From the IMG/VR virus record IMGVR_UViG_2690316002_000017: a DNA stretch of 18,886 nt. One strand, given 5' to 3'. This stretch comes from a virus. Taxonomy: Duplodnaviria; Heunggongvirae; Uroviricota; Caudoviricetes. The notes beneath the pieces were generated by a model that had not been told where the DNA came from, searched no databases, and worked only from the letters and a program-made list of their open reading frames with translations. The translations under genes were made by a program, and so were the position numbers. Shown here one piece after another: positions 1 through 9,019 of the stretch. The first letter of the stretch is position 1. The number at the start of each line of letters is the position of its first letter.

Positions 1-132
1 GCCGTAATCACGACGCATCACCCGTGAGCCGACCGGTGTGCGCAGGATATCGCCGATACTCTGGCTGATATGCTCAAGGTCAGTGACAGTCAGGCCATCA
101 CTGCGATTCATTCCGAGATAACGCGCTGTCAT
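1..132 (-). CDS. W: Baseplate assembly protein W (gp25-like), N-terminal part only; C-terminus lies beyond the window start
   Basis: Reverse-complement translation of 1..132 reads MTARYLGMNRSDGLTVTDLEHISQSIGDILRTPVGSRVMRRDYG, matching my recollection of the P2 gpW N-terminus. ATG at 132..130 overlaps the V stop (ATGA). Position after V fits P2 order. Confidence 0.85.
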   Translation of the reverse strand, partial: MTARYLGMNRSDGLTVTDLEHISQSIGDILRTPVGSRVMRRDYG

Positions 133-764
133 AAAGGACTCCCGGTTGTGCCGCCGCTGTCGCCGGGGTGTTTATGGGTATGCAGTACCTTACCGTTTGA
201 TGAGAGTTCACCGCCGGTGTGTTCAATGTTGCCGCGCATCGTCCCGCCCTTCTGTACTTCCAGCGTGTCGGTAATCAGCCTGTTGGTGCAGACCACCTCC
301 GGTGTGTCCAGGGTGATGCGGGTTGACGCTTTCACCATGACCACCGGCACCGTGGCAGTAACAGAATCAGAAGCCGTCACGCTGGCCGTTTTAATTCCGC
401 TTACCGTCAGTGCACTGGTTTCAGGTTCATACTCAATCACCGCCCCGTCAGGGAAACGGATATGCAGGGCATCCGCCGACGCAGACGGCGCGGGGTTATC
501 GCCGGAATAAATCCCCGGCAGAACAAACGCCGTGTCAAGTTCACCGCCCACGGCCAGAATCAGCACCTGCTCCCCCACGGAAGGTGCCCACCATGTGCGC
601 GAACGCCCGGCACGACAGGTCAGCCACTGAAGCCAGTCGGTGCACATGCCGCCGGTCTGCACACGGCAGCGACCGGCGTTAAGGTCGGTTTCGACGACAA
701 GGCCGGTGCGAATCATGTTGCGCAGTGCGCGCGCGAGTTCCTGGATATTTGCGAGAGTGTTCAT
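129..764 (-). CDS. V: Baseplate spike / baseplate assembly protein V
   Basis: 211-aa ORF, the length of P2 gpV as I recall it. ATG at 764..762. Synteny S-V-W. Confidence 0.9.
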   Translation of the reverse strand: MNTLANIQELARALRNMIRTGLVVETDLNAGRCRVQTGGMCTDWLQWLTCRAGRSRTWWAPSVGEQVLILAVGGELDTAFVLPGIYSGDNPAPSASADALHIRFPDGAVIEYEPETSALTVSGIKTASVTASDSVTATVPVVMVKASTRITLDTPEVVCTNRLITDTLEVQKGGTMRGNIEHTGGELSSNGKVLHTHKHPGDSGGTTGSPL

Positions 765-830
765 AACGGGAAGGATGCCGCCGGGTCATACCGGCGGCAA
801 TGTGACGATGAGGTGTCGGGAATGGCACAA
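765..830 (-). promoter_or_regulatory. S-V intergenic region; expected site of a P2-type late promoter (PV)
   Basis: 66-nt non-coding spacer before V in an otherwise tightly packed operon. P2 is known to have a late promoter before V. No exact TGT-N12-ACA activator box was found by eye. Confidence 0.3.
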
Positions 831-1283
831 CTAACGGTCGAGGTGAGCCAGGATAATCTCTTCAATCATCTGCACATCCTCACCGGTGAAACCGAGCAGA
901 GGGCGCGCCGGATAATTAATTTTCTTACCGTCTTTCCGGTTTTCTTCCGACAGACCGAACTGATGCACGCTGGCGATTTTCGGTGACTTCCCGCCGTAAA
1001 ACTCCATTGATGCCTGTTCAGGGCTGGCGCGGATATGCAAAAAACGACTGGTAATAAGTTTCGCAAACATTTTTCGCTTAACACGACCAGTCTTTTTTCT
1101 GGCGCTCTGCTGCTGGCGTGGCGCGTAGGGTGTGCCGTCCGGGGCTTTCTGTGCCATCACCCGACGCTGCTGACTCTGACGCAGACGTTTCGCCAGTTCG
1201 GCGCTCAGTCGCCGACGCCCTGACGGTGACAGCGACTCAATCAGTCCGGTCAGCCGGTCTTCAAAACGCTTAAACTCATTCAT
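831..1283 (-). CDS. S: Tail completion protein S
   Basis: 150-aa ORF starting MNEFKRFEDRLTGLIESL, the size and position of P2 gpS. ATG at 1283..1281. Overlaps the R stop. Confidence 0.9.
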   Translation of the reverse strand: MNEFKRFEDRLTGLIESLSPSGRRRLSAELAKRLRQSQQRRVMAQKAPDGTPYAPRQQQSARKKTGRVKRKMFAKLITSRFLHIRASPEQASMEFYGGKSPKIASVHQFGLSEENRKDGKKINYPARPLLGFTGEDVQMIEEIILAHLDR

Positions 1284-1743
1284 CCCACTTGCTCACCAGT
1301 TCGCCATTGATATAAAGCTTCATCGGGCGGGTGACCGGCTCCGGCGGCGTGGGTTCCGGGATATTCTTCACATGCAGCGCGCCGTCCACCTCACTGACCA
1401 GCGTGCGTTCGGTCAGCATCAGGCTGATGCTGATATCAAAGCTGCTGTCATTGTTGATGTCTGCATAAAACGTGAAGCCCTTTTTCTGGCCTTCGTCGGT
1501 GGTCATGATGTCGGGCTGATTTTCCCGCAGCCACGCCAGCACCGGCACGATGAGCAGGTCAAAATCACCGGTAAAGTCGGTCACAATCACATTGAGCGTG
1601 TAACGCTTTTCGAATGACAGCGACGTCGCCAGTGTGGAGGCAATACTCCCGTTATCCACGAATATCCGCAGCATCTCGGGACTGGTTTTCAGCACCGTGA
1701 CGGCATCAGTCAGCGCCCTGCGCAGGCTGTCGGGTTTGAGCAT
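1276..1743 (-). CDS. R: Tail completion protein R
   Basis: 155-aa ORF starting MLKPDSLRRALTDAVTVLK, the size and position of P2 gpR. ATG at 1743..1741. Confidence 0.9.
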   Translation of the reverse strand: MLKPDSLRRALTDAVTVLKTSPEMLRIFVDNGSIASTLATSLSFEKRYTLNVIVTDFTGDFDLLIVPVLAWLRENQPDIMTTDEGQKKGFTFYADINNDSSFDISISLMLTERTLVSEVDGALHVKNIPEPTPPEPVTRPMKLYINGELVSKWDE

Positions 1744-1782
1744 CGTTTTCGTCCTGACAGTGTTTAATCATTTTTACCTGGC

Positions 1783-2075
1783 NNNNNNNNNNNNNNNNNN
1801 NNNNNNNNNNNNNNNNNNNNNNNNNNNNNNNNNNNNNNNNNNNNNNNNNNNNNNNNNNNNNNNNNNNNNNNNNNNNNNNNNNNNNNNNNNNNNNNNNNNN
1901 NNNNNNNNNNNNNNNNNNNNNNNNNNNNNNNNNNNNNNNNNNNNNNNNNNNNNNNNNNNNNNNNNNNNNNNNNNNNNNNNNNNNNNNNNNNNNNNNNNNN
2001 NNNNNNNNNNNNNNNNNNNNNNNNNNNNNNNNNNNNNNNNNNNNNNNNNNNNNNNNNNNNNNNNNNNNNNNNNNN
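1783..2075. other. Run of 293 N (assembly gap or masked sequence)
   Basis: Directly visible in the sequence. Removes the 3' part of lysB, the nested lysC region and the sequence upstream of R. Confidence 1.
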
Positions 2076-2318
2076 ACGCTTCGCCGCGTTCTCCAGTTCC
2101 TGACGCAGTGCCACCTGCGCCAGCTCGTTTTTGTCTGCCCTGGTGATGGCAACATGAAGCTGATTTTTCAGCATGGTGATGGTCGTCTGCTGTTCACTGG
2201 CGACGTTATTCGCCCTGTCCAGCGAGGCGCGCAGGCTGGCATTTTTGTGTTTCACCAGAAACAGACCGGTCACCGCCAGCGATAACAACACGACCAGCAC
2301 AATCATCAGCTTTGACAT
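2076..2318 (-). CDS. lysB: LysB (Rz-like spanin component), N-terminal part; 3' end lost in the N-run
   Basis: Internal ATG at 2318..2316 gives MSKLMIVLVVLLSLAVTGLFLVKHKNASLRASLDRANNVASEQQTT, a signal-anchor-like N-terminus. Overlaps the lysA 3' end as in P2. The reading frame continues into the Ns. Confidence 0.7.
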
Positions 2319-2731
2319 GGTTCCCGCCCCCCAAGACGCTGACGGCAGGCCGTACGTATCAGCCGGAAGAACACCGACGCCACGAGGTAAATCAGCGCGG
2401 TAAAAATCCACCCGGCAGCGACCAGCGAGATAAACGTCGCCACCATCACCACCAGAGCCGCCGCCCGTCTGCGCCACGGCACCGGCTGCAAAAACAGCGA
2501 CGCGACAATCTTCACGGCCAGCGATTCCGGCGGCAGCTCCCGCCCGTAGCGTTCCAGCACATACTCAGTGGCATACACGCCGACACCACCGGCAACCACA
2601 CAGATAACCGTCGCCAGAATCGCCCAGGCGGCAACAAAACTGACGGCCACGCTCTGCGGGTAAATCAGGGACAGTGCCAGCATCAGCGCCAGCGACACGT
2701 TCAGCATCAGTGAAAGGGATAATTTCTTCAT
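2306..2731 (-). CDS. lysA: LysA, membrane protein of the lysis cassette
   Basis: 141-aa hydrophobic ORF (multiple predicted transmembrane stretches) directly after the endolysin gene. ATG at 2731..2729 preceded by GGAG. Confidence 0.85.
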   Translation of the reverse strand: MKKLSLSLMLNVSLALMLALSLIYPQSVAVSFVAAWAILATVICVVAGGVGVYATEYVLERYGRELPPESLAVKIVASLFLQPVPWRRRAAALVVMVATFISLVAAGWIFTALIYLVASVFFRLIRTACRQRLGGREPCQS

Positions 2732-2745
2732 GGTGTTTACTCCGT

Positions 2746-3243
2746 TTAAGCCGGTACGCCGCCAGCGGTACGCCAGACGGTGACCAGTTTTTCCAGTGAA
2801 TGCTCACGCTGACCGTAACCGGCACCCGGCAGGGACGCCCAGATATTGCGACAGCGTGAAATGGCGCGCTCAATGCGTCCCGCCCGGATGTCATCCAGTG
2901 CACCGCGTTCGCGGATCAACTGAATGGCGAGTCTGTCCTGTGACAACGGACTGAAATCCGGCAGGGCAAGCTGTTTGCGGTAGTGCGGCCAGAACAGGTA
3001 AAGCTGCTGATAGCGACCGGAGGCCGTGGATTTTTCACCGCGACGGTTAAACACCTTCGCCGGTCGGCCATGCGCGAACGGGTGGTCACTGTAGTCAGTG
3101 AAAATTTCCGGCTTCCCGTCCAGTCCGGTGACTATCACGTCATAGCCCCGGTTTTTCGTCAGCGGATGATTCGCCGTCCCTTCGGACACGGCCAGCATGT
3201 CGAGAAAGGCCGCGATATTCTGATGCGTGTTAATTACCGGCAT
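2746..3243 (-). CDS. K: Endolysin (phage lysozyme) K
   Basis: 165-aa ORF starting MPVINTHQNIAAFLDMLAVSEGT, the size and position of P2 gpK. Start overlaps the holin stop by 1 nt. Confidence 0.9.
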   Translation of the reverse strand: MPVINTHQNIAAFLDMLAVSEGTANHPLTKNRGYDVIVTGLDGKPEIFTDYSDHPFAHGRPAKVFNRRGEKSTASGRYQQLYLFWPHYRKQLALPDFSPLSQDRLAIQLIRERGALDDIRAGRIERAISRCRNIWASLPGAGYGQREHSLEKLVTVWRTAGGVPA

Positions 3244-3524
3244 TACGGTTTCCCCCTGCCCTTAAAACGGCGCTGAATGGCAATCTCAATCACCTGATAA
3301 CCGGCGATACCCAGCATGGAGCCGATACCGCACACCGCAGGCAGTGACAGGTCAGGAAACTGCACCAGAACAACACCGGCAACCATCGAGACAAAACCAC
3401 CGAGCAACATGCGCCCGATAAACAGACGCGGGGTGATGGGTTCACCACCGGCAAGCACCTTGCCGACAACAATCAGCACCCCAATCATGAAAAGCGACAG
3501 GACGCTTTTTTCTTCTGCTGTCAT
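3243..3524 (-). CDS. Y: Holin Y
   Basis: 93-aa ORF with hydrophobic transmembrane segments and a charged C-terminus (RRFKGRGKP). Lies between X and K as in P2. Confidence 0.9.
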   Translation of the reverse strand: MTAEEKSVLSLFMIGVLIVVGKVLAGGEPITPRLFIGRMLLGGFVSMVAGVVLVQFPDLSLPAVCGIGSMLGIAGYQVIEIAIQRRFKGRGKP

Positions 3525-3527
3525 GCG

Positions 3528-3731
3528 TTACTCCCACAGATTGACAGTTTCAGCCACGGGCGCGGTCTGAACGTCGGGCAGTTCGACGGCGGTGCCGTGT
3601 GGCAGCACCGCACCCAGTTCAGCCAGTCCCGAATTTGCGGCGAGCACGGTCTCAACCACGCCTTCAGTGCGCCCGTAATACCGGACACAAATGGCGTCGA
3701 GCGTGTCGCCCTGTAGCGCAAAGGTCTTCAT
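3528..3731 (-). CDS. X: Tail protein X
   Basis: Internal ATG at 3731..3729 gives the 67-aa product MKTFALQGDTLDAICVRYYGRTEGVV..., matching P2 gpX as I recall it. That ATG overlaps the L stop (ATGA). The longer 90-aa ORF in the track would overlap L. Confidence 0.85.
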   Translation of the reverse strand: MKTFALQGDTLDAICVRYYGRTEGVVETVLAANSGLAELGAVLPHGTAVELPDVQTAPVAETVNLWE

Positions 3732-4237
3732 CAGATTTGACTCACGATGCAGCGCGGCTTGTCCTGGATACGCGCCACCGCCCAGCGCATATCCCGCCAC
3801 AGTTCATCAATGGTGCTGTCAATGCTGTCAGCCTTCTTGTCACCTTTCGCACTGGCATCCACGCCGCGATAACGCTCATAAAGCGACGCGGTCGCCATCG
3901 CACACACGGCGCGCTCGTAGTAAAAAACTTTGATGCTTTCACCGTCGATGTCGTCCGCCGGGACGTCCGCCAGACGCGTAAAACCGGCGGCAATTTTCTG
4001 TTCGCGGTACTCGTACAGCTCCGCATTCGTCTCCGCCATGCCTGACTTGATGGCCTCACGCAGACGGGCGGGGGCGACGGTCTGCTCAAGACGCATACGT
4101 TCCCGGACGCGCTTCGGGTCGATATCGGGAAAAAAGAACGTGTTTTTAATCACCGGCTCGTCGCCTGCCGGTTGCGGGATGACCACCGTACCCTCACCGG
4201 ACACGGGAGCCTCCTTTCGCGGAATAATCAGCGTCAT
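3731..4237 (-). CDS. L: Head completion / stabilization protein L
   Basis: Tandem ATG ATG at 4240..4235 preceded by GAGG. From the second ATG the product is 169 aa starting MTLIIPRKEAPVSGEGTVV, the length of P2 gpL. A start at 4240 is equally possible. Confidence 0.85.
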   Translation of the reverse strand: MTLIIPRKEAPVSGEGTVVIPQPAGDEPVIKNTFFFPDIDPKRVRERMRLEQTVAPARLREAIKSGMAETNAELYEYREQKIAAGFTRLADVPADDIDGESIKVFYYERAVCAMATASLYERYRGVDASAKGDKKADSIDSTIDELWRDMRWAVARIQDKPRCIVSQI

Positions 4238-4339
4238 CATGACTACCTCTGAAAAGTCGGGCGGTGGACGCCGGTGAAGTGTCAGGTGATTCACCCTCAC
4301 TGACCGGCGTGCCGCCCTGGCGCGGGGCGCATTCGGTTG

Positions 4340-5083
4340 TTAACTGGCTTTCTTTTTCGGGCGTCCACGTTTTGCCGGTGTCGCACTCCGGGTCTTACGC
4401 GGGGCGCGGGTGGCCGCTTTTGGCTGCGGCTCCGGCTTCGGTTTCAGCTCCCGCTCCAGTCGTTCAATCTCTTTTTTGACGCCTGCCTGACAGTCGAGCT
4501 GTGTCGCACGTTGCAGGTGAGCCAGCGCACCGGCGGCATCATCACCGTCACGCAGAAACAGACCGGTGATTTTGTGCAGCTTTGCGCGCACTTCATCAGG
4601 CATGTCTGCCGTGGCGGTCAGTTCAAGGGTTTCCGTCAGCAGGCGGGTATCCACAGATTCACCGGCAGCGTGGGCGCGCATGGCCGCAAGCGCTACCTCC
4701 TCGGTGAACATGTACGGCGGGGTACGGCGGTGTTTACCCGGCATGGTCAGACCGTACTTCAGGGCATAACGGGCAATCTCCAGCGCACCGGCAATATCGC
4801 CGGTATCCAGACGCCACAGCATGACCGTCATCAGAATGTCATCCTGTGCACCTTTGCCCTGCTCCAGCACGCCGTTCACCCACGGCAACCAGAACGGCAG
4901 CAGTTCGCGTTTTTTCGCGGCCTTCAGCTCTTTTGAATAAATCGCTTTCAGTGTGCGCTGGTCTGCGGCGAGCTTAACCAGCATCTGCTCATAGACAGTT
5001 GCATGTCGCAGCGGGGCGGCTTCCCGCTGCGCGGTCATCGCTGCCGAGACCCGCATCATGTGGCGCTGTGCGGGACTCGTCAT
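4340..5083 (-). CDS. M: Terminase small (endonuclease) subunit M
   Basis: 247-aa ORF with a basic C-terminus (PRKTRSATPAKRGRPKKKAS), the size and position of P2 gpM. ATG at 5083..5081. Confidence 0.9.
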   Translation of the reverse strand: MTSPAQRHMMRVSAAMTAQREAAPLRHATVYEQMLVKLAADQRTLKAIYSKELKAAKKRELLPFWLPWVNGVLEQGKGAQDDILMTVMLWRLDTGDIAGALEIARYALKYGLTMPGKHRRTPPYMFTEEVALAAMRAHAAGESVDTRLLTETLELTATADMPDEVRAKLHKITGLFLRDGDDAAGALAHLQRATQLDCQAGVKKEIERLERELKPKPEPQPKAATRAPRKTRSATPAKRGRPKKKAS

Positions 5084-5086
5084 CGG

Positions 5087-6160
5087 TTACGCTCCCGGCT
5101 CTGCGGTCGCTTTAGCCAGTGTGGAGAAATCACCGACCTTAATTTTTTCCACCAGACAACCGGCGGCGTAGTCTTCCACCACGTAATCAATGTTCATTGA
5201 CTCGTAGTTCTCCACGCGGTCGAGTTTCGGGTTTTCCTCAATCACGCGGCGATGGCTGTCATCCATGTAGTAGATGGACAGGTTTTCCAGCTTTGTGATG
5301 AGCATCGCATCCGCCGGGAAGTACGGGACGCGTACCGCTGGCAGGTTGCCGATGCGTTTCTGGCTGATGATGACGTCAGCAGCCAGCATTTCGCTGTTGT
5401 CCTGCTCCTTGTTGACGATGGGAAAATACTTGTCCGCCAGTAGCTGACGTCCCACAATCACCACAAGGTCAGGGTCTTCCTGATACCACGGCTCAATCAG
5501 GTTGTTGGTCGCATCCATCACCAGTGCGTCAAGGCTGGCATAATCACCGCCCTTACCCACGCGGATAACCTCAGAGGTGGTGCGCCCTTCCTCGTCAGTG
5601 ACCTTGCTCATCACGCGCGCCGGGGCTTCATTGCGGTATTTCTGCAGCCAGCCGACCGCCACATCCTGCAGCATCGGATTGCTGCTGCGGTCAGAGGTTT
5701 CGGCACGCCTCACGCCGTTAAAACCGGCCATGATTAAATCAAGGGACTGGCGTTTGATAATGGCGTTACGGACACGGAGCTGGAAATCCTGATAACGCGC
5801 CCACAGGTCCAGCGTTTTGTAGCGGATATAAAAATCGAAGTTAATCTGGTCGCATTCGTACTTGTTTGACGCCAGCTTCGAGAAGTCCTTCGGCTGACGC
5901 TCGGTGCCACCGGCGGTGTCGGTGGTGCTGGCGATGGAGCCGGTGACACCGATGCCAATTTTTTCCCCTTTCATTTCGCTGACCGGCACAATGTTGATGC
6001 GGGTCAGAAAGTCAGAGGACTCCTGCATGGTGTTCATCAGGGTCTGGGTGACCGACGGTTCAACGGTGAATTTTTTCGACACATCACCGGCGTCGATGCC
6101 GTTCAGTTCGGCAACACGGGACAGGTAGGCATTAAATTTAAAGCGGGTTTCCTGGCGCAT
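5087..6160 (-). CDS. N: Major capsid protein N
   Basis: 357-aa ORF starting MRQETRFKFNAYLSRVAELNG, the size and position of P2 gpN. ATG at 6160 preceded by AGGA. Confidence 0.95.
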   Translation of the reverse strand: MRQETRFKFNAYLSRVAELNGIDAGDVSKKFTVEPSVTQTLMNTMQESSDFLTRINIVPVSEMKGEKIGIGVTGSIASTTDTAGGTERQPKDFSKLASNKYECDQINFDFYIRYKTLDLWARYQDFQLRVRNAIIKRQSLDLIMAGFNGVRRAETSDRSSNPMLQDVAVGWLQKYRNEAPARVMSKVTDEEGRTTSEVIRVGKGGDYASLDALVMDATNNLIEPWYQEDPDLVVIVGRQLLADKYFPIVNKEQDNSEMLAADVIISQKRIGNLPAVRVPYFPADAMLITKLENLSIYYMDDSHRRVIEENPKLDRVENYESMNIDYVVEDYAAGCLVEKIKVGDFSTLAKATAEPGA

Positions 6161-6218
6161 AGTTTTTCCTGAAATTAAGGGTTAATCGTGAAGGTTTTCC
6201 CGGACTGACTGACGCCGG

Positions 6219-7073
6219 TCAGCAGTTCGTCATCAGGGCGTCACCGCCACCGCCGGTGGCTTTACTGCGGCGCTGCTGGGTCAGACTTTCGGTGTGGTCG
6301 AGACTGTTTTTCAGGCGGGTGAATGCCTGACTGGTTTCATCCGCCCTGTCAGTCACATCCTGCTTAAGTGCGGAAAAGGCGGTTTCCATCTCAGCAAGGC
6401 GCTGCTCAGTGGCGCTCAGTTTTTCCTGCACATGCTCAGCGACAGCGGTCACTGCTTCATGCACGTCATTCAGACGGGCGTCATCGCTGGCCTGTTTGCG
6501 GCCAAAAATGGATTTCACCTTTTCGGTCAGGGCTGTGAACACGGTTTCAGGCAGGTCTTCAAATTCCAGCTCAACAGGCGTTGCCACTGAAATCAGGTTT
6601 TCAGGGCTTAATTTGAAGCGGTTCAGAGGGTTGTGTTTTGCCGTGCGGCAGAATTCCAGGTATTCCGTGCCGAGGCTTGCCGGGTCATCGGTGACGGCCA
6701 GCCCCACCAGATAACATTTGCCGGTATTGGCAAAGTTCGGCTGAATTTCCATTGAGGTGTAGACCTTCTGCGCGGCCTTGTTCATCGCGATAAGGTCATC
6801 GGTCGGGGTGATTTTCGCAAACAGCGCCCATTTGCCTTTCAGCGCCGAATCATCGTCAATCTTTTCGGCCTTCAGTTCGACCACATCGCCATAACGCTTA
6901 AAAATACCGTCAGGCAGGATGCCGCGCAGATGTTCCAGGTTAATGCGGCAACCATAGACTCGCGGGTCAAAGGTTTCGGCCATTTCCTGAATATCCTGCG
7001 CACTGATGACACGCCCGTCACAGGTGTCACCCTCAACGCCGATACGAAAGAATTTTGAGACTTTTTTTGCCAT
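6219..7073 (-). CDS. O: Capsid scaffolding protein O
   Basis: Internal ATG at 7073..7071 gives a 284-aa product starting MAKKVSKFFRIGVEGDTCDGRVISAQDIQ, matching P2 gpO as I recall it. The track ORF begins 22 codons further upstream. Confidence 0.9.
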   Translation of the reverse strand: MAKKVSKFFRIGVEGDTCDGRVISAQDIQEMAETFDPRVYGCRINLEHLRGILPDGIFKRYGDVVELKAEKIDDDSALKGKWALFAKITPTDDLIAMNKAAQKVYTSMEIQPNFANTGKCYLVGLAVTDDPASLGTEYLEFCRTAKHNPLNRFKLSPENLISVATPVELEFEDLPETVFTALTEKVKSIFGRKQASDDARLNDVHEAVTAVAEHVQEKLSATEQRLAEMETAFSALKQDVTDRADETSQAFTRLKNSLDHTESLTQQRRSKATGGGGDALMTNC

Positions 7074-7246
7074 TGTCAGGAGTCCTGAATAGTGATTAGA
7101 GGAGTCACATGTCGGCATCAGTTTCCCGACGATGCGCATCCTCCGCCATCAGTCCCGGATGGCTTATCACTGACACAACAGCACCTTAGCGAATCGCGGG
7201 GCGCGACTCAGTAGCCTTGCCGTGTATTCATCACGGCGAGGTATTC
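7074..7246. promoter_or_regulatory. O-P divergent intergenic region; expected late promoters for the O and P operons
   Basis: 173-nt spacer between divergently oriented O (minus) and P (plus), as in P2. No exact TGT-N12-ACA box seen by eye, so the call rests on position only. Confidence 0.45.
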
Positions 7247-9019
7247 ATGACCATCACCACAGACACCACTCTTTTACACGACCCGCGTCGTCAGGCGGCG
7301 CTGCTGTACTGGCAGGGGTTTTCCGTGCCGCAGATTGCCGCCATGTTGCAGATGAAACGCCCGACGGTGCAGAGCTGGAAACAGCGCGACGGCTGGGACA
7401 GCGTTGCCCCCATCAGCCGTGTCGAAATGAGTCTGGAAGCGCGGCTGACCCAGCTCATCATCAAACCGCAGAAAACCGGTGGTGACTTCAAGGAAATTGA
7501 CCTGCTCGGACGCCAGATTGAACGACTGGCACGGGTAAACCGCTACAGTCAGACCGGCAACGAGGCAGACCTTAATCCGAACGTCGCTAACCGCAACAAA
7601 GGCGGGCGTCGCAAACCGAAAAAGAATTTTTTCAGTGACGAGGCCATCGAAAAGCTGGAGCAGATTTTCTTTGAGCAGTCTTTCGACTATCAGTTGCACT
7701 GGTATCGCGCCGGGCTTGAGCACCGCATCCGCGATATCCTGAAATCCCGCCAGATTGGCGCGACGTTTTATTTTTCCCGCGAGGCGCTGCTGCGTGCCCT
7801 GAAAACCGGTCATAACCAGATTTTTCTGTCGGCCAGTAAAACGCAGGCGTATGTGTTCCGCGAATACATCATCGCCTTTGCCCGTCTGGTTGACGTTGAC
7901 CTGACCGGTGACCCGATTGTCCTGGGCAATAACGGCGCAAAACTGATTTTTCTCGGCACCAACTCCAACACCGCGCAGAGTCATAACGGCGACCTGTACG
8001 TCGATGAGATTTTCTGGATCCCGAATTTTCAGATACTGCGTAAGGTGGCATCAGGTATGGCCTCACAGAGTCACCTGCGCTCGACCTATTTCTCCACCCC
8101 GTCCACGCTGGCGCACGACGCCTACCCGTTCTGGTCGGGTGAACTGTTTAACCGGGGACGCGCCAGTGCCGCCGAACGCGTGGAAATCGACGTCAGTCAT
8201 AACGCCCTTGCCGGTGGGCTTCTCTGTGCGGACGGCCAGTGGCGACAGATTGTCACCATTGAGGACGCCCTGAAAGGCGGCTGCACGCTGTTCGACATTG
8301 AGCAGCTCAAACGCGAAAACAGCGCCGACGATTTTAAAAACCTGTTCATGTGTGAATTTGTTGACGACAAGGCATCGGTGTTCCCGTTCGAGGAGCTGCA
8401 ACGCTGCATGGTCGACACGCTGGAAGAATGGGAAGACTATGCGCCGTTTGCCGCCAATCCGTTCGGCTCCCGCCCGGTATGGATTGGTTACGACCCGTCA
8501 CACCGTGGCGACAGCGCCGGATGCGTGGTACTGGCACCGCCGGTGGTGGCCGGTGGCAAATTCAGAATACTTGAGCGTCACCAGTGGAAAGGTATGGACT
8601 TTGCCACCCAGGCGGAATCCATCCGCAAACTCACCGAAAAATATAACGTCGAATACATCGGTATTGATGCCACCGGCCTCGGTGTCGGCGTGTTCCAGCT
8701 CGTGCGCTCGTTCTATCCCGCCGCGCGCGATATCCGCTACACGCCGGAAATGAAAACCGCAATGGTGCTCAAGGCAAAAGACGTTATCCGTCGTGGCTGT
8801 CTGGAATATGACGTCAGCGCCACCGACATCACCAGCTCGTTTATGGCTATCCGCAAGAGCATGACCAGCAGCGGACGCAGCGCCACCTATGAGGCCAGCC
8901 GCAGCGAGGAAGCCAGCCACGCCGACCTCGCATGGGCGACCATGCACGCCCTGTTAAATGAGCCACTCACCGCCGGTATCAGCACACCGCTGACATCCAC
9001 CATTCTGGAGTTTTACTGA
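7247..9019 (+). CDS. P: Terminase large (ATPase) subunit P
   Basis: ATG at 7247 preceded by GGCGAGG gives a 590-aa product starting MTITTDTTLLHDPRRQAALLYWQGFSVPQIAAMLQ, the size of P2 gpP. The track ORF starts 10 codons earlier. Confidence 0.95.
   Translation: MTITTDTTLLHDPRRQAALLYWQGFSVPQIAAMLQMKRPTVQSWKQRDGWDSVAPISRVEMSLEARLTQLIIKPQKTGGDFKEIDLLGRQIERLARVNRYSQTGNEADLNPNVANRNKGGRRKPKKNFFSDEAIEKLEQIFFEQSFDYQLHWYRAGLEHRIRDILKSRQIGATFYFSREALLRALKTGHNQIFLSASKTQAYVFREYIIAFARLVDVDLTGDPIVLGNNGAKLIFLGTNSNTAQSHNGDLYVDEIFWIPNFQILRKVASGMASQSHLRSTYFSTPSTLAHDAYPFWSGELFNRGRASAAERVEIDVSHNALAGGLLCADGQWRQIVTIEDALKGGCTLFDIEQLKRENSADDFKNLFMCEFVDDKASVFPFEELQRCMVDTLEEWEDYAPFAANPFGSRPVWIGYDPSHRGDSAGCVVLAPPVVAGGKFRILERHQWKGMDFATQAESIRKLTEKYNVEYIGIDATGLGVGVFQLVRSFYPAARDIRYTPEMKTAMVLKAKDVIRRGCLEYDVSATDITSSFMAIRKSMTSSGRSATYEASRSEEASHADLAWATMHALLNEPLTAGISTPLTSTILEFY

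Noticed and set aside
462-986. 174-aa plus-strand ORF overlapping V and S
   Set aside because: Antisense to two confidently identified P2 tail genes. Arginine-rich low-complexity translation typical of the wrong frame in GC-rich DNA.
1634-2155. ORFs on both strands that run through the first N-run (1634..2146 plus, 1706..2155 minus)
   Set aside because: Their length comes from translating Ns as X. The real coding content here is lysB/lysC and the region upstream of R.
7074-7246. Search for exact Ogr/Delta-type activator boxes (TGT-N12-ACA) in the O-P and S-V intergenic regions
   Set aside because: I could not find an exact match by eye (only TGT-N10-ACA near 826-841), so I did not annotate specific activator sites. 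The regions are called only by position.
7274-7984. 236-aa minus-strand ORF inside the terminase P gene
   Set aside because: Completely contained antisense within gpP, which is unambiguous. No independent support.
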